This document shows positions 1 through 12,900 of a stretch of DNA of 64,000 bases, piece by piece (the stretch's first letter is position 1; every line of letters begins with the position of its first letter). Location of the stretch: assembly GCA_030324005.1 (NCBI GenBank), contig JARDVH010000073.1, forward strand, positions 43,499,373-43,563,372. Reading direction: 5' to 3'. Below the pieces are notes generated by a model. It was given only the letters and a program-made list of their open reading frames with translations, made no database searches and had not been told where the DNA came from. The position numbers were made by a program, and so were the translations under genes. The DNA is from Negaprion brevirostris. Taxonomy: Eukaryota.

Positions 1-70
1 GGACTTTAACCTGGTGTTGTGAAGCTTCTTACTGTGTTTACCCCAGTCCAATGCTGGCATCTCCACATCA
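1..70 (+). mobile_element. Penelope-like element terminal (pLTR) fragment
   Basis: ggactttaacctggtgttgtga...cttactgtg...ccccagtcca..gctggcatctccacatca is the same sequence as the Penelope ends at 17909 (reverse) and 39220-39300. Confidence 0.65.
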
Positions 71-74
71 TTAA

Positions 75-870
75 TTCTTCTTGACAGCATGTGATGCAAT
101 TTTGTACAAGTTTGTGTCTATGGAATGGAGGAAAGGATATCATCAAGGAATACATTAGAATAGTCAAGATGGGAGATGACAATTACAGGCCCAAAAGTTT
201 GAGGAGGCAAGGGGATGAGAAATTAGAGGTGGAAATTTTTGTGATGGTAGTGGATTTAAAACTGAGCTCAGAGTGGATCAAAATACAAGGCTGATTAAAC
301 TCTAGTTAGTGACCGATCAGGGGAATGGAATATAAGATGTAGGAGTGAAGTTTGTTGTGGGAATTGAATACAATGACCTCAGTCTTTGCAAAAAACTTAA
401 GAAATTTGTTATTCATCCAAGACAGGCTAGTTAATCAATTGGACAACAGGGAAATAGTGAAGAGAGTGGCCAAAGGGGCTTGTATTGAGATAGACTTAGA
501 TATCTTTGTTATCATCAAGATGTAGCATCTGGAAGTGGAAAAAGAGGAGAAGTCATCATTGGAGATGCACAGGCCATGCTCAAATAACAATGGAACCATG
601 CAAAGCTAGTATCCAAGATGGGCAACAAAGGAAGGGCATTAGTAAAGAGCATGGCATGGTCAAGCATTGAACAATGCTGCAAGTTTGAGTAAGCCAAGGA
701 TGGATAATGCCCGTGATCCCAATCACAAAACATTTAACTTGGTGACTTTGACCAGGGCTGAAATGATGCACTGAGGTGGTCAGATGCTGGACTGTAAATA
801 TTTGAACAGGGACTAACGGGAAAAAATGTTGAACCTTGGAAGTGACAATATGAACAAAGGTCTCAGAGAG
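75..870 (-). mobile_element. Degenerate L2-type LINE fragment (probably resumes at ~1290-1530)
   Basis: Purine-rich plus strand whose reverse complement resembles the plus-strand L2 pieces at 24.3-27.4 kb. No intact ORF. Confidence 0.45.
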
Positions 871-877
871 TAAAGGT

Positions 878-1290
878 ATTTTGATCTGATTTATTATTGT
901 CACATGTACTAGTATACAGTGAAAATTATTGTTTCTTGCATGCTATACAGATAAAGCATGCCATTCATAGAGGAGGAAAGGAGAGAATGCAGAGTGTAGT
1001 GTTACAGTCATAGCTAAGGTGTGGAGAAAGATCAATTTAATGCGAGGTAGGTCCATTCAAAAGTTTGGTAACAGTAGGGAAGAAGCTGTTCTTGAGTCGG
1101 TTAGTACACCTCAGACTTTTGTATTTTTTTCCCGACTGAAGAAGACGGAAGAGAGTATGTCCGGGATGCATGGCTGCATCTGATTATGTTGGCTGCTTTT
1201 CTGAGACAATGGGAAGTGTTAATAGTGTCTATGAATGGGAGACTGATTTGAATGATGGACTGGGCTTCATTCATGACCCTTAGTAGCTCG
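878..1290 (-). mobile_element. Rex1/Babar LINE 3' fragment
   Basis: Reverse complement of the 3' part of the copy at 19973-20652. ORF 1101..1313 contains RVMNEAQSIIQISLPFIDTINTSHCLRKAANII, and the tail reads ttttcactgtatactagtacatgtgacaataataaa. Confidence 0.75.
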
Positions 1291-3167
1291 TAGGGAAGGA
1301 AGGGAGATGGCAATAATTATAAGAAATAGAAGTAATGGAATGGTAAGAGTGTTTTGAAGAAGGATGAGATGCTCAAGGAGATGGAATGAATGACAATGTT
1401 AGTTGGTATGATGACCATAGAGAGGAGTTGGGTGTTCCATTGAATGAGGAGGAGTATGGACAATATGAACTTGGAGACTGAGAATAACATTCTGGATAGA
1501 AACAAGATAAAAGGATGACATTCTGATAAATGTTAAAGCCCCCTAGACACACATTTCATTTTCTTACTTCCAAGTTGAAGTATAAGAGGCAAACATTGTG
1601 TGTTGGCAACTTGCTGTTAATATGGCAGCTTGTTTAGTACAGTAATAGATGATAACAGATGTACAGCATCAACTCCGCCTCAACTTTACATCATTTGGAA
1701 CAACTGTGGTTTGCTACGTATAAATACTTACATAAAGCCGACTTTTGAGAGGATTCAAAGCTATTTGTTGTAAAATTGTAGTGGAATTTATCTTTTACAT
1801 CTTTCAGCTTCTGAACTATTACTAAGTATACCTCTATATCAACAAGGAAAGGTCATATATTAGTCTAATTGGCAGCAGACATTTCTTGCTTCAATCAAAG
1901 AAACCTCCTGATAATGTACAGCTTCTGAAAATATCTAGCACAAGAAGTAAAGGGAGTCACCTGGTGCATGTTAAAGAAATTAATCAAAATATTCAAGTAA
2001 TTCTTATCTGAAAAATAAAAATTACCCCCAAGATTGCATGGCTCTACTGACGATCTGGAGGCCAACAGCAGCCTCATTGCGATGTCCAATTTTTACATCA
2101 TTCTGTTCAGTCTGGTCCCTGCTACTCACCCACCCATATAAACTGGGCAACTGAAAATGCACAGACCTAGCCTGCTAAAGTTGGATTCTTAAATCTTGCT
2201 TTTAATTCTCAAAGCTGTTCCAAATGTCTGCAATAGAAACATACACACTTTGCTGCATTTGTTCATAGTTTCTAAATTGCCAAACTTCTCTACTGTGTTA
2301 CTGTACACTGCTGTAAAGTCCCTTGCAGCAAATAAAGTGCAGGGGATGGTGCTCCTTTGGTAGTTCCTGTTTTAGTCTGTGGTTTAGTTGAGGAAGACAA
2401 GCTAGTGAAAGGACAGCAAATGCAGGCACAGTAACACCTAAAGTATTAACTCTGTTAGTAACTCAGAATCACAATGAAGAGCAGTGATGTCCAGTATCAT
2501 GTGGGGAAACTCAGAAGGAATTACAATGCATCTCTCTATGGTATTTCAATGAAACTACCTCATTATAATTTTACTTCCAACTTTGATGTTAATTGCATGT
2601 AGCAGGTGTTCTGAGGATCCATTGGACCCAATCTCATAGGAATCCATGGACGTTGCAGACACAAATCATTGTTTAGTAGAATCACATAACCTTTACTATT
2701 TTGCCTTATTTTCCTGACCTGCCCATTCTTTTCTGCTGGGTGACAAGTGGCTTTTTTAACTTCTTGATGATGAATTGAAACACATGACTGATAAGGACCA
2801 ATGCAAGGACAAACAAGGAGTAGTTGGTTATTTGCAGGCCTGATTTCTGTCAGTGGCATTGTTGGAGATATGCAAAGAGTGACCATTCAGTCTGATTTTG
2901 ATGTCTGTCTACTAGTGCCACCCAACTGCACTTTGCATTAATACAGACATCCGTGGCATCTTGGGCAGCAATTTTAGCAATCAACAATGAATTGTCCAGA
3001 TTGCCTTTATCCATCTTCTCTTTGGAATCCACTTCTGACAATATGTGCTCATCATGTTATTCCTCCTGCAAAGCTAAATCTTGCTGCTGTGCAGTTTACA
3101 CAATGCAGACTATTCTAAAGCTGATTCATATTGAGATACCCAAGCACCTGATGTGAATATTCAGCAT

Positions 3168-3482
3168 GGACAGAACAGTGGCACAGTGGTTAGCGCTGCT
3201 GCCTCATAGTGCCAGAGACATGGGTACAATTCCGGCCTTGGGTCACTGCCTGTGTGGAGTTTGCATGTTCTCCCTGTCTCTGTGTGTGTTCCCTCAAGGT
3301 GCTCTGGTTTCTTCCCACTGTCCAAAGATGTGCAGGTTAGGTGATTGCCCCTTAATGTGAGGGGGACTAGCGGGGTAAATACGTGGGGTAATGGGGATAA
3401 GGCCTGGTTGGACTTGTTGTCAATGCAGGCTTGATGGGCCAAATGGCCTCTTCCTGCACTGTGGGGATTCTTTGATTCTATG
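3168..3482 (+). mobile_element. HE1-like tRNA-derived V-SINE with CR1-type tail
   Basis: Box A gtggcacagtggttagc, box B ggtacaattcc, V-core gtgtggagtttgcatgttctccc, tail gatgggccaaatggcctcttcctgcactgt...gattctatg. Confidence 0.85.
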
Positions 3483-5070
3483 CTGACTGTAAAGGTCAAT
3501 GGTTATGTTAATTAGACAATGATGTTAATAATGTAAGTATTACATCACAGTCAAATGACCAAGAGCCTCCAAGACAGCAAGGCACAGAACTGTTTGTGTC
3601 CAGAGATCAATATTGTTACCATGAGACCTTGGATGCAAGTAGTTTTAAATAAATTGTTTCAAGAAAAACCTCTAAAACGCCTACCTCTGGCACCCAGAGT
3701 AAGTGAAATCACATCAAAACACTGATGTTTAATCACACATCTTCAGCTGCTTCATCTACAACCTTCTCTCCAACTTGAAGTCAGAAATGGAGATGTGTAC
3801 TGATGATTGTACAGCATCCATTTCTATTTGCAATTTCTCAAATAAAGAAGCTGCACATGCTCACTTACAGCAACACCTGGACAACATTGAGGCCAGGACT
3901 GATACATTGCAAGTAACATGAATCACACAAGTACCAAGCAATGAGGAGATCCAAGTGACTTTGGGGGCAAAGGAGAAAAATCTATTGGCAATGAAGAAAA
4001 TGCTGAGTTACAACTAATGGCTGGGCGGCAACTCAGGTACTCTTGTGGAGGCTGCACACAAGTGTGCCCTTTTAAGTTACTATGTGTGTGCAGCTGGGCA
4101 AAGAAATTCAAAGAGATTGCACATTTAAACAAATTGCCCACACATTACGAAAACAATGAGAAGGTACATTGCAGTTTCTATGTTCTACTAACATCTGTCA
4201 AAACCAATGTCATGGATGTGGACTGTAAAACGGAAAAAAGGAGGTTGAATTGGTCAATAATACCTATGGCAGGCAGGAAGTGCAGGAATCGACCAGAACC
4301 TGCAGAAGACAATGGCAAACCACCTTGCCAAGCATATAACCATGGACATGGAGGTCCACAGTTGGCAATGACTCAGAGCATGGTATCTGAAGAGACAGAG
4401 AGAGAATGAGAATAATAATAATAAATGTAAAAATGTGCGTACATCGACATTTTTTTTAAGCAGATCTGTAACTGGTCAAAACAAATTGTGACAAAAGAAT
4501 AAAATCATGCCTAGAGGTCAACTTTCTACTTGAGAAAGAATTGAAACATTTTTAAATGCAAGGAAAAGCTTTACGATAATCATTTGTGACATTTATTTTG
4601 AAAGGAAGCAGTTTGTAAAGACAGCAGTAAGACAAAACAATAACTGGACTTCCTTGCATACATTTTCATCATGGCTTTCATTCTTTCTGGACATCAGATA
4701 ATGCTTTAAATCATCACACGCTAACTGACTGAAACGTTCAAGTTTGTACAAAAGATTAACTTTGTAAACTGCTAATTGATTCTGTGTGTAATGTCTGTAC
4801 CCTCTTCAAAGTCTGCGAAGAGTCTAGACTGTGTATAACCTCTCCACCAATTCCATCCTGCTCAAAAGACATTGCTGAGGACTAACAGAAGCAGCACATC
4901 AACAATGGTGGGGGGGGAGGGGGGTAGGTGTGGGTGGTGATTGTCACTTAATCCTAAACACAACAGCAGTTTTCAAATCATTTCTACAGTGGCCTACTCT
5001 ATAATTATTCATGTGTAAAATAAAAAGAAACAATTTCATATGTTTGCAGAGACTTTGAAAGGGAAATCAG

Positions 5071-5502
5071 TTAAAAGGCCCAGTGTCATCAGGAATTCCT
5101 CACTTGCAAATAAGAAATTCCTGTTGACAAACATGGAACATCAAAGATTGTGATGGCTCACAGACTAGTCCATTTAGTAACAGCGAAATTCTCAATAATT
5201 TTAATATAAACTCATAGAGAATATAGAATTGCATAATTATTGTACAGCACCGCTGATTTTTCCAGTTAACTTATTGACAGAAGGAATTTCGTGTCTAGAA
5301 TTTTGAAGGACAAAGCTCAAGACCCCAATGTTTTATTTTAAATTAAAACATTTATGTCAGTAATTTCAGTCCAGGGAACTCCACACATTCTTAAATGCAA
5401 AAAAACCCCCTTCAAAGTAGTCAGGATGTTACAAGCCTGATGTTGGCCATCAGGAATTTCTTACTTGCAAGTAAGAAATTCCTGACAAGGCTGGTGCTTT
5501 AA
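5071..5502. mobile_element. TTAA-bounded non-autonomous DNA transposon (Kolobok-like termini) with ~60-bp imperfect TIRs containing a palindrome
   Basis: TTAA at 5071-5074 and 5499-5502. The left end aaggcccagtgtcatcaggaatt...caaacat is an imperfect inverted copy of the right end atgttggccatcaggaatt...caaggctggtgct. Confidence 0.55.
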
Positions 5503-5587
5503 CCCTTTTGCTGCAGGTGGGTACTTTGCAGCCTTGTTTGCTGACCAGCACGGGACTTTTGATTGAGTTGCCTGGAGCAAAGGGGTT
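5499..5587. mobile_element. Short piggyBac-like MITE (TTAA/CCC ends) abutting the previous element
   Basis: ttaa-cccttttgctgcagg ... cctggagcaaaggggtt(gap), a 15/17 inverted match. The right TTAA is cut off by Ns. Confidence 0.5.
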
Positions 5588-7469
5588 NNNNNNNNNNNNN
5601 NNNNNNNNNNNNNNNNNNNNNNNNNNNNNNNNNNNCAGTTGGCGCTAGAGTTTACAACCCCTCTAGTCCATTCACCAGACAGGTTCCCTTTTAATGGCAA
5701 GAAAATGTTTGAACTGAAAGAGATTATTGAGCATATCTGACCTGCACTCAACCTTGCAAGTAGCCCTTTTCTTCTATTTTCCAAATGCTGCAGAGTTTTA
5801 ATCCATAGTTGAGCTTAGTGACTTCAGTCACCCTGCTCACACTTTTTGCGAAACAATACCTAGCTTATACTTTGTATTATTCAATAATCACACATTTCAA
5901 TCAATTTGCACCCAATCATCTAAGTATTTTTTGATTTCTTATAATTGTATCATGTAATTGAATTTTAAAGCATCAGCGGATCATAGGGAATTGGGTTCTC
6001 TCTCCCTCTACTCGGCCATCTCCCCTGATGCTATGATACTTGCCTCTAATAATAAACTATCTGCTATATTTTTCCTTAATCTGTTAAATATCTGTTGTGG
6101 ATACTGAGTTCAAAACTGTTCAATTTAACATTAGGAGCAAGTTATTCTTTTCAAAAATGTGCAAAATACCAATATTCATTTCAATAAAAATAAAACATTT
6201 TCATGGCATTTATGATATTGTAACCAGACTTAATTATCTTATAATTCAGTTTCAGCATCTATTTGTTATATTGAATGGACTTGGGGCTAACTAAAAGACG
6301 ATATCCTGTGTAATCAGAAAGCAAAATATAACCAGCTGGTTAGAACTGGTGATAATTATACTATCCCTGGAAATAATTTCTTTACAGTGTAATAAAGCAA
6401 ACCAAAGCATATAATAAGATCTGTTTTTCACAGATGTGAGATCCAAAAAAAAAAATCGATTCCTCATGTGCTCAGGATTGGGATGGCCGTTAGAGAATGT
6501 CAATGCTTTTTACTCACTGTTTTAAGATGACATATAAATCTTTCAGTTAGATTACAGCCCTGATTTTATGATTTCCTGCTTTATCCTGTTTTAATTCCTA
6601 CCCCTCACCCCAATAATACAAAAAACTTCTGAATTTTATTCACTCAGGATTTCTTCATTGTATTTTGTTTCCCTGAAGAAAAACATACATTGCTTTGTGG
6701 TATCTTTAATATATATTCATTCTCACAATAATTGCTAACAATCTGAGCTTAGATATAGTTTCTAGTCAGGAAAATTAATCATAAAATGTACAGAATTTAT
6801 ACTAATACATATCGGGGAATGAGTTAAAGGACTGTAATCTAACTGAGTGACAAAGCATACAAAAATTTGATCAATTATTAAATCAGCAGGGAATGAAATA
6901 GTTTGAAGTGGTCTTAAAAATGAACAGATGATAAATTGAATAAGAAGCAATATGACAGTGTATATATACACTCAACAGGCTCAAAGCCCTTTTCATGTTA
7001 CTTTTTTATGTGGACAATGCACAGTTGTTTGAATCTGATCTGAACATCCCCTCCCATCTGGAGATCATTATAATCTTCAGCAGCTAGAGACTTGTGTTAA
7101 CACTGCTGTCAGCTCCCAAAATGTGTTGGGTCAGTGGTACAGTATATTGTAAAGCATTGAATTTTCAATTCACTGAAAGGGACTCACCATTTATGGTTCT
7201 GCAATGCACAGTTGATTCCAGTGAATTTCTGGTCAGCACTACAGATTATGGAACTACAGCCATTGCTTTATTTGTAAATATAAGATCGTCCGTATATGTC
7301 TCACTGAGCTAATGGTGTTTATAATGTCGAGATTGAAATCAAATGATCTGAGGGCCAGTACATTGTAAACTATTACAATAGCTGTTTTTGCTGTCGTTAA
7401 AAAAAAATCAGCCATGTGTTTAATTTGCACGTTTAATATCAACAGAATATGTCAGTTAGTTGCCACCTA

Positions 7470-8915
7470 ATATCAGTGGAAGAAAAATTATTGGAAAAAA
7501 TTCTGAGAGACAGAATGAATCTACATTTGAGGGGCAAGGATTAATCAAGGATAGTCAGCATGGTTTTGTCAGAGGAAGATCATGTTTAACAAATTTGATT
7601 GAATTTTTCAAGAAGATGATGGGATGTGTAGATAAGGACAGCATAGTTGATGTAGTCTACGTGAACTTCAATAAGGCTTTAGTTGGGCTTTTGACAAGGT
7701 CCCACATGGGAGATGAGCCAAGGGAGTAAGGGCCCATGGGGTGCAAGGTAATTTTGCAAATTGGGTTCAAAATTGGCTTGGTGGCAAGAGGCAGAGGTGA
7801 TGGTTAAAATTTGTTTGTGTGTTTGGAAGCCTGTCTTCAGTGTTGTACTGCAGGGATCGATGCTATTTGTAGCGTACATTAATGATCTAGACGTGACTGT
7901 GTGGGGTATGGTTAGTATGTGCACAGATGACATGAAAATTGGTGGTGTGGTAAATAGCGAGGTGGAAAGCCTTAGATTACAGGATGGTATAGGGCTGTCA
8001 GATGGGCAGAACAATGGCAAATGGAATTTAACCCTGAAAAGTGCGAGCTGGTGCATTTTGGGAGGACTAACAAGGCAAGCACGTACACAATGAACGGCAA
8101 GATGCCAGGAAGTACAGAGAAGCCTTGGGCTGCATGTCCAAAGATCCTTGAAGGCAGCAGGATAGATAGATAAAGTGGTTCAGGCAAATAGGGCACTTGT
8201 CTTTATTAGTTGAAGCATAGGATATAAGAGGAGGGAGGTTATGATGGAGCTGTATAAAACGCTCACTGGACATAGCTAAGATNNNNNNNNNNNNNNNNNN
8301 NNNNNNNNNNNNNNNNNNNNNNNNNNNNNNNNNNNNNNNNNNNNNNNNNNNNNNNNNNNNNNNNNNNNNNNNNNNNNNNNNNATAAGAGGAGGGAGGGTA
8401 TGATGGAGCTGTATAAAACGCTCACTGGACATAGCTAAGATACTTGTGCAGTTCTGGCCACCACACTATAGGATAGATCTGATTGCACTAGAAAGGGTGC
8501 AGAGGAGATTCACCAGGATGCTGCCAGGGTTAGACTATTTTAGGTAAGAAGAAAGTCTGGTTAGGTTGGAGCAAAAAAAGGCTGAGGGTGACCTGATTGT
8601 TCCTCATAATTTTGCATAGCTCATAGATAGGAAGACATTTTTTCCCCTAATGAAGGGGTCAATAGCCAAGGGACATAGATTTAAGGAGGATTTGAGGAAA
8701 AACATGGGAATCCAGAACTCACTGCCTGAAAGAACGTTAGAGGTGGAAACTGTCACAACATTTAAGGAGCATTTAGATGAGCACTTGAAACATCATAGCA
8801 TACATAGTTATAGACTAAGTACTGGAAAATGGGATTAGAATAGATAGGTGCATGATGGCCGTAGCAGACAAGATGGGCTGAAGGGCTTCTTGCTGTGCTG
8901 TCAAACTCAGTGATC
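7470..8915 (+). mobile_element. CR1/HER1 LINE, degenerate RT region and 3' tail
   Basis: ORFs 7460..7729 (DSQHGFVRGRSCLTNLIEFF...VDVVYVNFNKAL) and 7761..8093 (QGSMLFVAYINDLD...CTDDMKIGGVV) carry CR1 RT motifs, with frameshifts. Confidence 0.9.
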
Positions 8916-9552
8916 ATCACAATGCAATAGTGCACAGAAGTGCCATTACATCAGATAGCCAATCGCAACCAATATGCAAACACACACTTGTAATTCAGTC
9001 CTTTGGTTCTGGTGTCATGTAGCATCATGGATGTCTTCTCAGGCTCATTGTCTAACCTAACCCAAGTTTAGGTTAGGTAGAGGTGCTGCAAAAATATACC
9101 TGGAACAAATGAATAGCAGATGCCAGTACCTGGTGAATCCAAGTTCTAGCTGAACGTACAAACCTACTGTTCTATACCTGCTTGATTTATAATGGAATTA
9201 TTCAGACGGTCTATTGGTTTTCAGGGTCATGGTTAAATAAAAGTAGTTCTGAAAGAAGGTGAAGACGGTGGAGGGGGCGATAGGTGGAAAGACCATTGGA
9301 GAAGTGACAATGAAGAAATAAATATCTAGGGTTGGAATTGGAGAAGGAAAAGAATGCAGTTTAGGGAATGTAAGACCCAGAAATAATTTTGGCAGATGGG
9401 ATATGTTGAAGTCTGGAAATAAGTAAGAGTTGTTTGATGGCCAGACTCTAGCAACACTCATAGATGGCATGTTACTCACGAAGTGAGCTATGATCCCTAG
9501 GAGAAATCAGGATGGAGAAGTGGGAACTGATACTTGGGGTACTTTCTATTAA

Positions 9553-9935
9553 CCTGGGTCAAGTGGTGGCACTCTTGTTTCTGAGCCTGAAGCTTGTGGG
9601 ATCAAGTTTCACAAAAACTTGCGTGGATAATCTCGGGTGAAAGTTCAGCAGAGTGCTGCACTGTCTTAGATACTGTCTTTTGACTAAGGCCTTAAATGCA
9701 GTCCTGTTTTGCCCTCCCAGTTGGAGGTAAAAGAGCCAGGATGTTCTTCCTGGTGTCCTAGTCAATTTTTATACCTCATTCAATTTCACAAGGACAGATT
9801 ATCTGGTCATTGTCACCTTGGTGTTCATGAGAGCTTGCTGTGCACAAATTAGCTGCCACATGTCCTACATTTATGACAGTGACTACACTGCAAAAGTACT
9901 TCATTGATTGTAAAGCACCAGAGATCTTGAAAGAT
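9553..9935 (+). mobile_element. SacSINE1-like DeuSINE
   Basis: tRNA-like head gtggtggcactcttgtttctgagcctgaagcttgtgggatcaagt, Deu-like core gagtgctgcactgtc...acagattatctggtcatt...gagcttgctgtgcacaaattagctgcc, and tail cagtgactacactgcaaaagtacttcattgattgtaaagc. Matches the recalled SacSINE1 consensus. Confidence 0.75.
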
Positions 9936-11959
9936 TTTCCTTTTTCTATCAATTTTCATCTTAAAATCATTGAAATTTTGTTTTGGGTATCTTTTTAACA
10001 TGAGTCCATAAACTGCATTTGAGTTTGAACTTGCGTTCCTAAAAACTTCNNNNNNNNNNNNNNNNNNNNNNNNNNNNNNNNNNNNNNNNNNNNNNNNNNN
10101 NNNNNNNNNNNNNNNNNNNNNNNNNNNNNNNNNNNNNNNNNNNNNNNNNNNNNNNNNNNNNNNNNNNNNNNNNNNNNNNNNNNNNNNNNNNNNNNNNNNN
10201 NNNNNNNNNNNNNNNNNNNNNNNNNNNNNNNNNNNNNNNNNNNNNNNNNNNNNNNNNNNNNNNNNNNNNNNNNNNNNNNNNNNNNNNNNNNNNNNNNNNN
10301 NNNNNNNNNNNNNNNNNNNNNNNNNNNNNNNNNNNNNNNNNNNNNNNNNNNNNNNNNNNNNNNNNNNNNNNNNNNNNNNNNNNNNNNNNNNNNNNNNNNN
10401 NNNNNNNNNNNNNNNNNNNNNNNNNNNNNNNNNNNNNNNNNNNNNNNNNNNNNNNNNNNNNNNNNNNNNNNNNNNNNNNNNNNNNNNNNNNNNNNNNNNN
10501 NNNNNNNNNNNNNNNNNNNNNNNNNNNNNNNNNNNNNNNNNNNNNNNNNNNNNNNNNNNNNNNNNNNNNNNNNNGACATTCCCAGTCTGAATGACTCAAC
10601 TAAACAGTTTAGCTGATTGAAGCATTAGAGAATCTGCATTATTTCAAGCTCAGAAGAAAGTGTTTTCTTATAAACAAAAATATCAATTCAAATTAGGATT
10701 TGACGACTGCAACAGAAGCAAACAAAGGTACTCTTCAGTGTGTAACATCTTGCAATGTGTGATGCATAAGTTCTAGGAATATTAATAGCAAGTAGCTAAT
10801 AGCAAATACCCAAAAACTATACTCTCAAATACCTGTGGTCAAGCAGGCTTCTAAATGAAACAAAACAAAGAGAAGGAAATTGAAAATAAATTCAGAGGTA
10901 TCACTGAATAATTTCTGTTCAGNNNNNNNNNNAGAAAACCCTATGATACGTATTCACACAGGAACGCAGCTTAACTACTTTGCTGTCCTGGTGTTGTGAC
11001 ATTCAGTTTTTATGCAGCTTTCTTTGAACCCCCTACCAACCCATCCGTATGCTGAAGTCAAAGGCCCTGGGAAACTTGGCTCAGATTAACCCATACTAAA
11101 AAACAAAGATTGCTGCATTCAAAGGAAACTTTTTCCCCCCAGTCTCTTTTCTTTGAACATTATGCATAGCAATTGACCAGAACAACCTCCAGAAAAAAAT
11201 AAATAAATCTATATCCTCTCGCCAGTATAGCAAACAAAGACAGTAGCAAGTAGCACGAGACAGGATCTATCAATAATACTTGAAAAAGGAACAATAGTCT
11301 GCCAGCTGAAAGCTGTAAGCAATCTCGGAGGCTCAAATCCTCCACTGGACAACATATTTGGAAACAAAAAAAAATTTCAAAAAAGAAATCAGTTACAAGT
11401 TTAAAATGTTACTTCTATAAATTCAATTTACGAGTTCCCACCATGCAGCGAAATTCAAGCTACTCACAATATGCAACGAAACTAATAATAAAAGAAAATA
11501 AACTGTATCGATGATAGAACCTTCCGTCAACGTCTTTAAAATTATGAACATACTGTACGCAGCTGTCTCCAGCAAAAAGAAAATAAATGTTTCATTTGAT
11601 TTTAACAAGACTGTACAATAGCCTTCTTTAATCAGGCCACTGACAATGCAATCTTAAACCAATTAGTGTTGCAATTTGCTGACATTAAGCATCTGGAAGT
11701 TAATGTAATGACTTCCTACACCTTTGGAGCAAGACAGGAAAAATCACTTGCTCTGCCATGCCTTTTTATTCTGACTGCTGAATGGGTAGTTAGTGTTCTG
11801 GAAGACAATCACAGACCACTTACATATTTGCCTTTCAATGAATAAGCCTACTGTACAAATCTAAAATTGTTGACCTTGTTTTCATTTCTTGTTAATAAAA
11901 TACATTTCCCATTTTTGAAATCTGTAAGTAATTATTTCTCAAGATTTCATGGACATTGA

Positions 11960-12900
11960 GAGCTGAATTTCTGCTCCTGAGTCAGATGCGCAGAGTCAGG
12001 GAAATTCCCTGTAAGGTTCAATTTTCACTCCAGCAGAGTGGAAGCTAGTGGGAATCAGGCCTCCAACCTATTAAGAGTGCATAGGAAGCCCCTGGGACTG
12101 CACGATACTGAGGCAAGCAATTTGAAAGGCTTTGTCCAAGTTATAAAAACAATAAGGCCGCCTAGCCCCATCCATGCCAATTCAGGGCCTACACACCCTC
12201 AGTCCTTTACCCCCTCCATACCATCCCATGCCCTGCTACTCACCCTATTGCTTTTTATACATCCCATGCTAACTAAGTGCCAATCCATGCTGTCCATGCA
12301 TCCCCATTGCCCTCTAAAGTTTCTGTGCCAATTTAGTGCCAACTCAGGATCCCACCTACAATGATATCACCCTTATACTCACCATGCCAACACGTTTAGA
12401 GGTCAGACCTCAGGAACCATGCTATACTAAATAAAAACAGTCTCACTGATAAAAGCCAATTCAATATATTTAAGTCCCTTCAAAGCGCTTACTCCCTTAT
12501 AAAAATTAATACTTGTATTCACAGCTTCAGTCCAAAGACAGCTTTTTTACTGTATGGGACTGTCAATAAATTAGGAAACTTATAGCCACCAGCCTTCCCA
12601 CCTCCACTATGACAATGAGAGGTTGTGGAAGTAGACAAGCAGCACTAATCCTAGAATACAACGCTCTACATTAACAAACATTTATTGAAATTGCAAGCAC
12701 TGATTTTGTTCAACTGAGAGTCACAGCTACACTTTCAAATGTGCTGTTACCTTCATGAACCACATATGTGTGAAAAATGTCCTGGCCCTGCTCCTCCACC
12801 TGGGGAAATTGGTGGGTGATGAGTTTGGGGTCAAGATTTCTGGAATTAGCAGCACTTTGTTTAAGGCTAAGCAGCCCTTCCATCTCATGAAAATTCGGAC
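11960..12900. mobile_element. Probable decayed GC-rich non-autonomous DNA transposon
   Basis: Begins gagctgaatttc and ends aaaattcggacc, similar to other MITE ends in the window. Internal ccatgcc/ccaccc-rich tract. Confidence 0.3.

Noticed and set aside
2480-3160. Coding-looking stretch with ORFs 2563..2886 and 2850..3041
   Set aside because: No recognisable domain or splice structure. Possibly an unidentified TE relic, but I cannot support a call.
3168-3245. tRNA-like A/B boxes here and in other copies
   Set aside because: They are SINE heads that continue directly into the SINE core, with no complete cloverleaf.
8223-8442. Near-identical ~60-bp direct repeat either side of a 100-N gap
   Set aside because: This is the typical overlap of contig ends around a placeholder gap, so an assembly artefact rather than biology.
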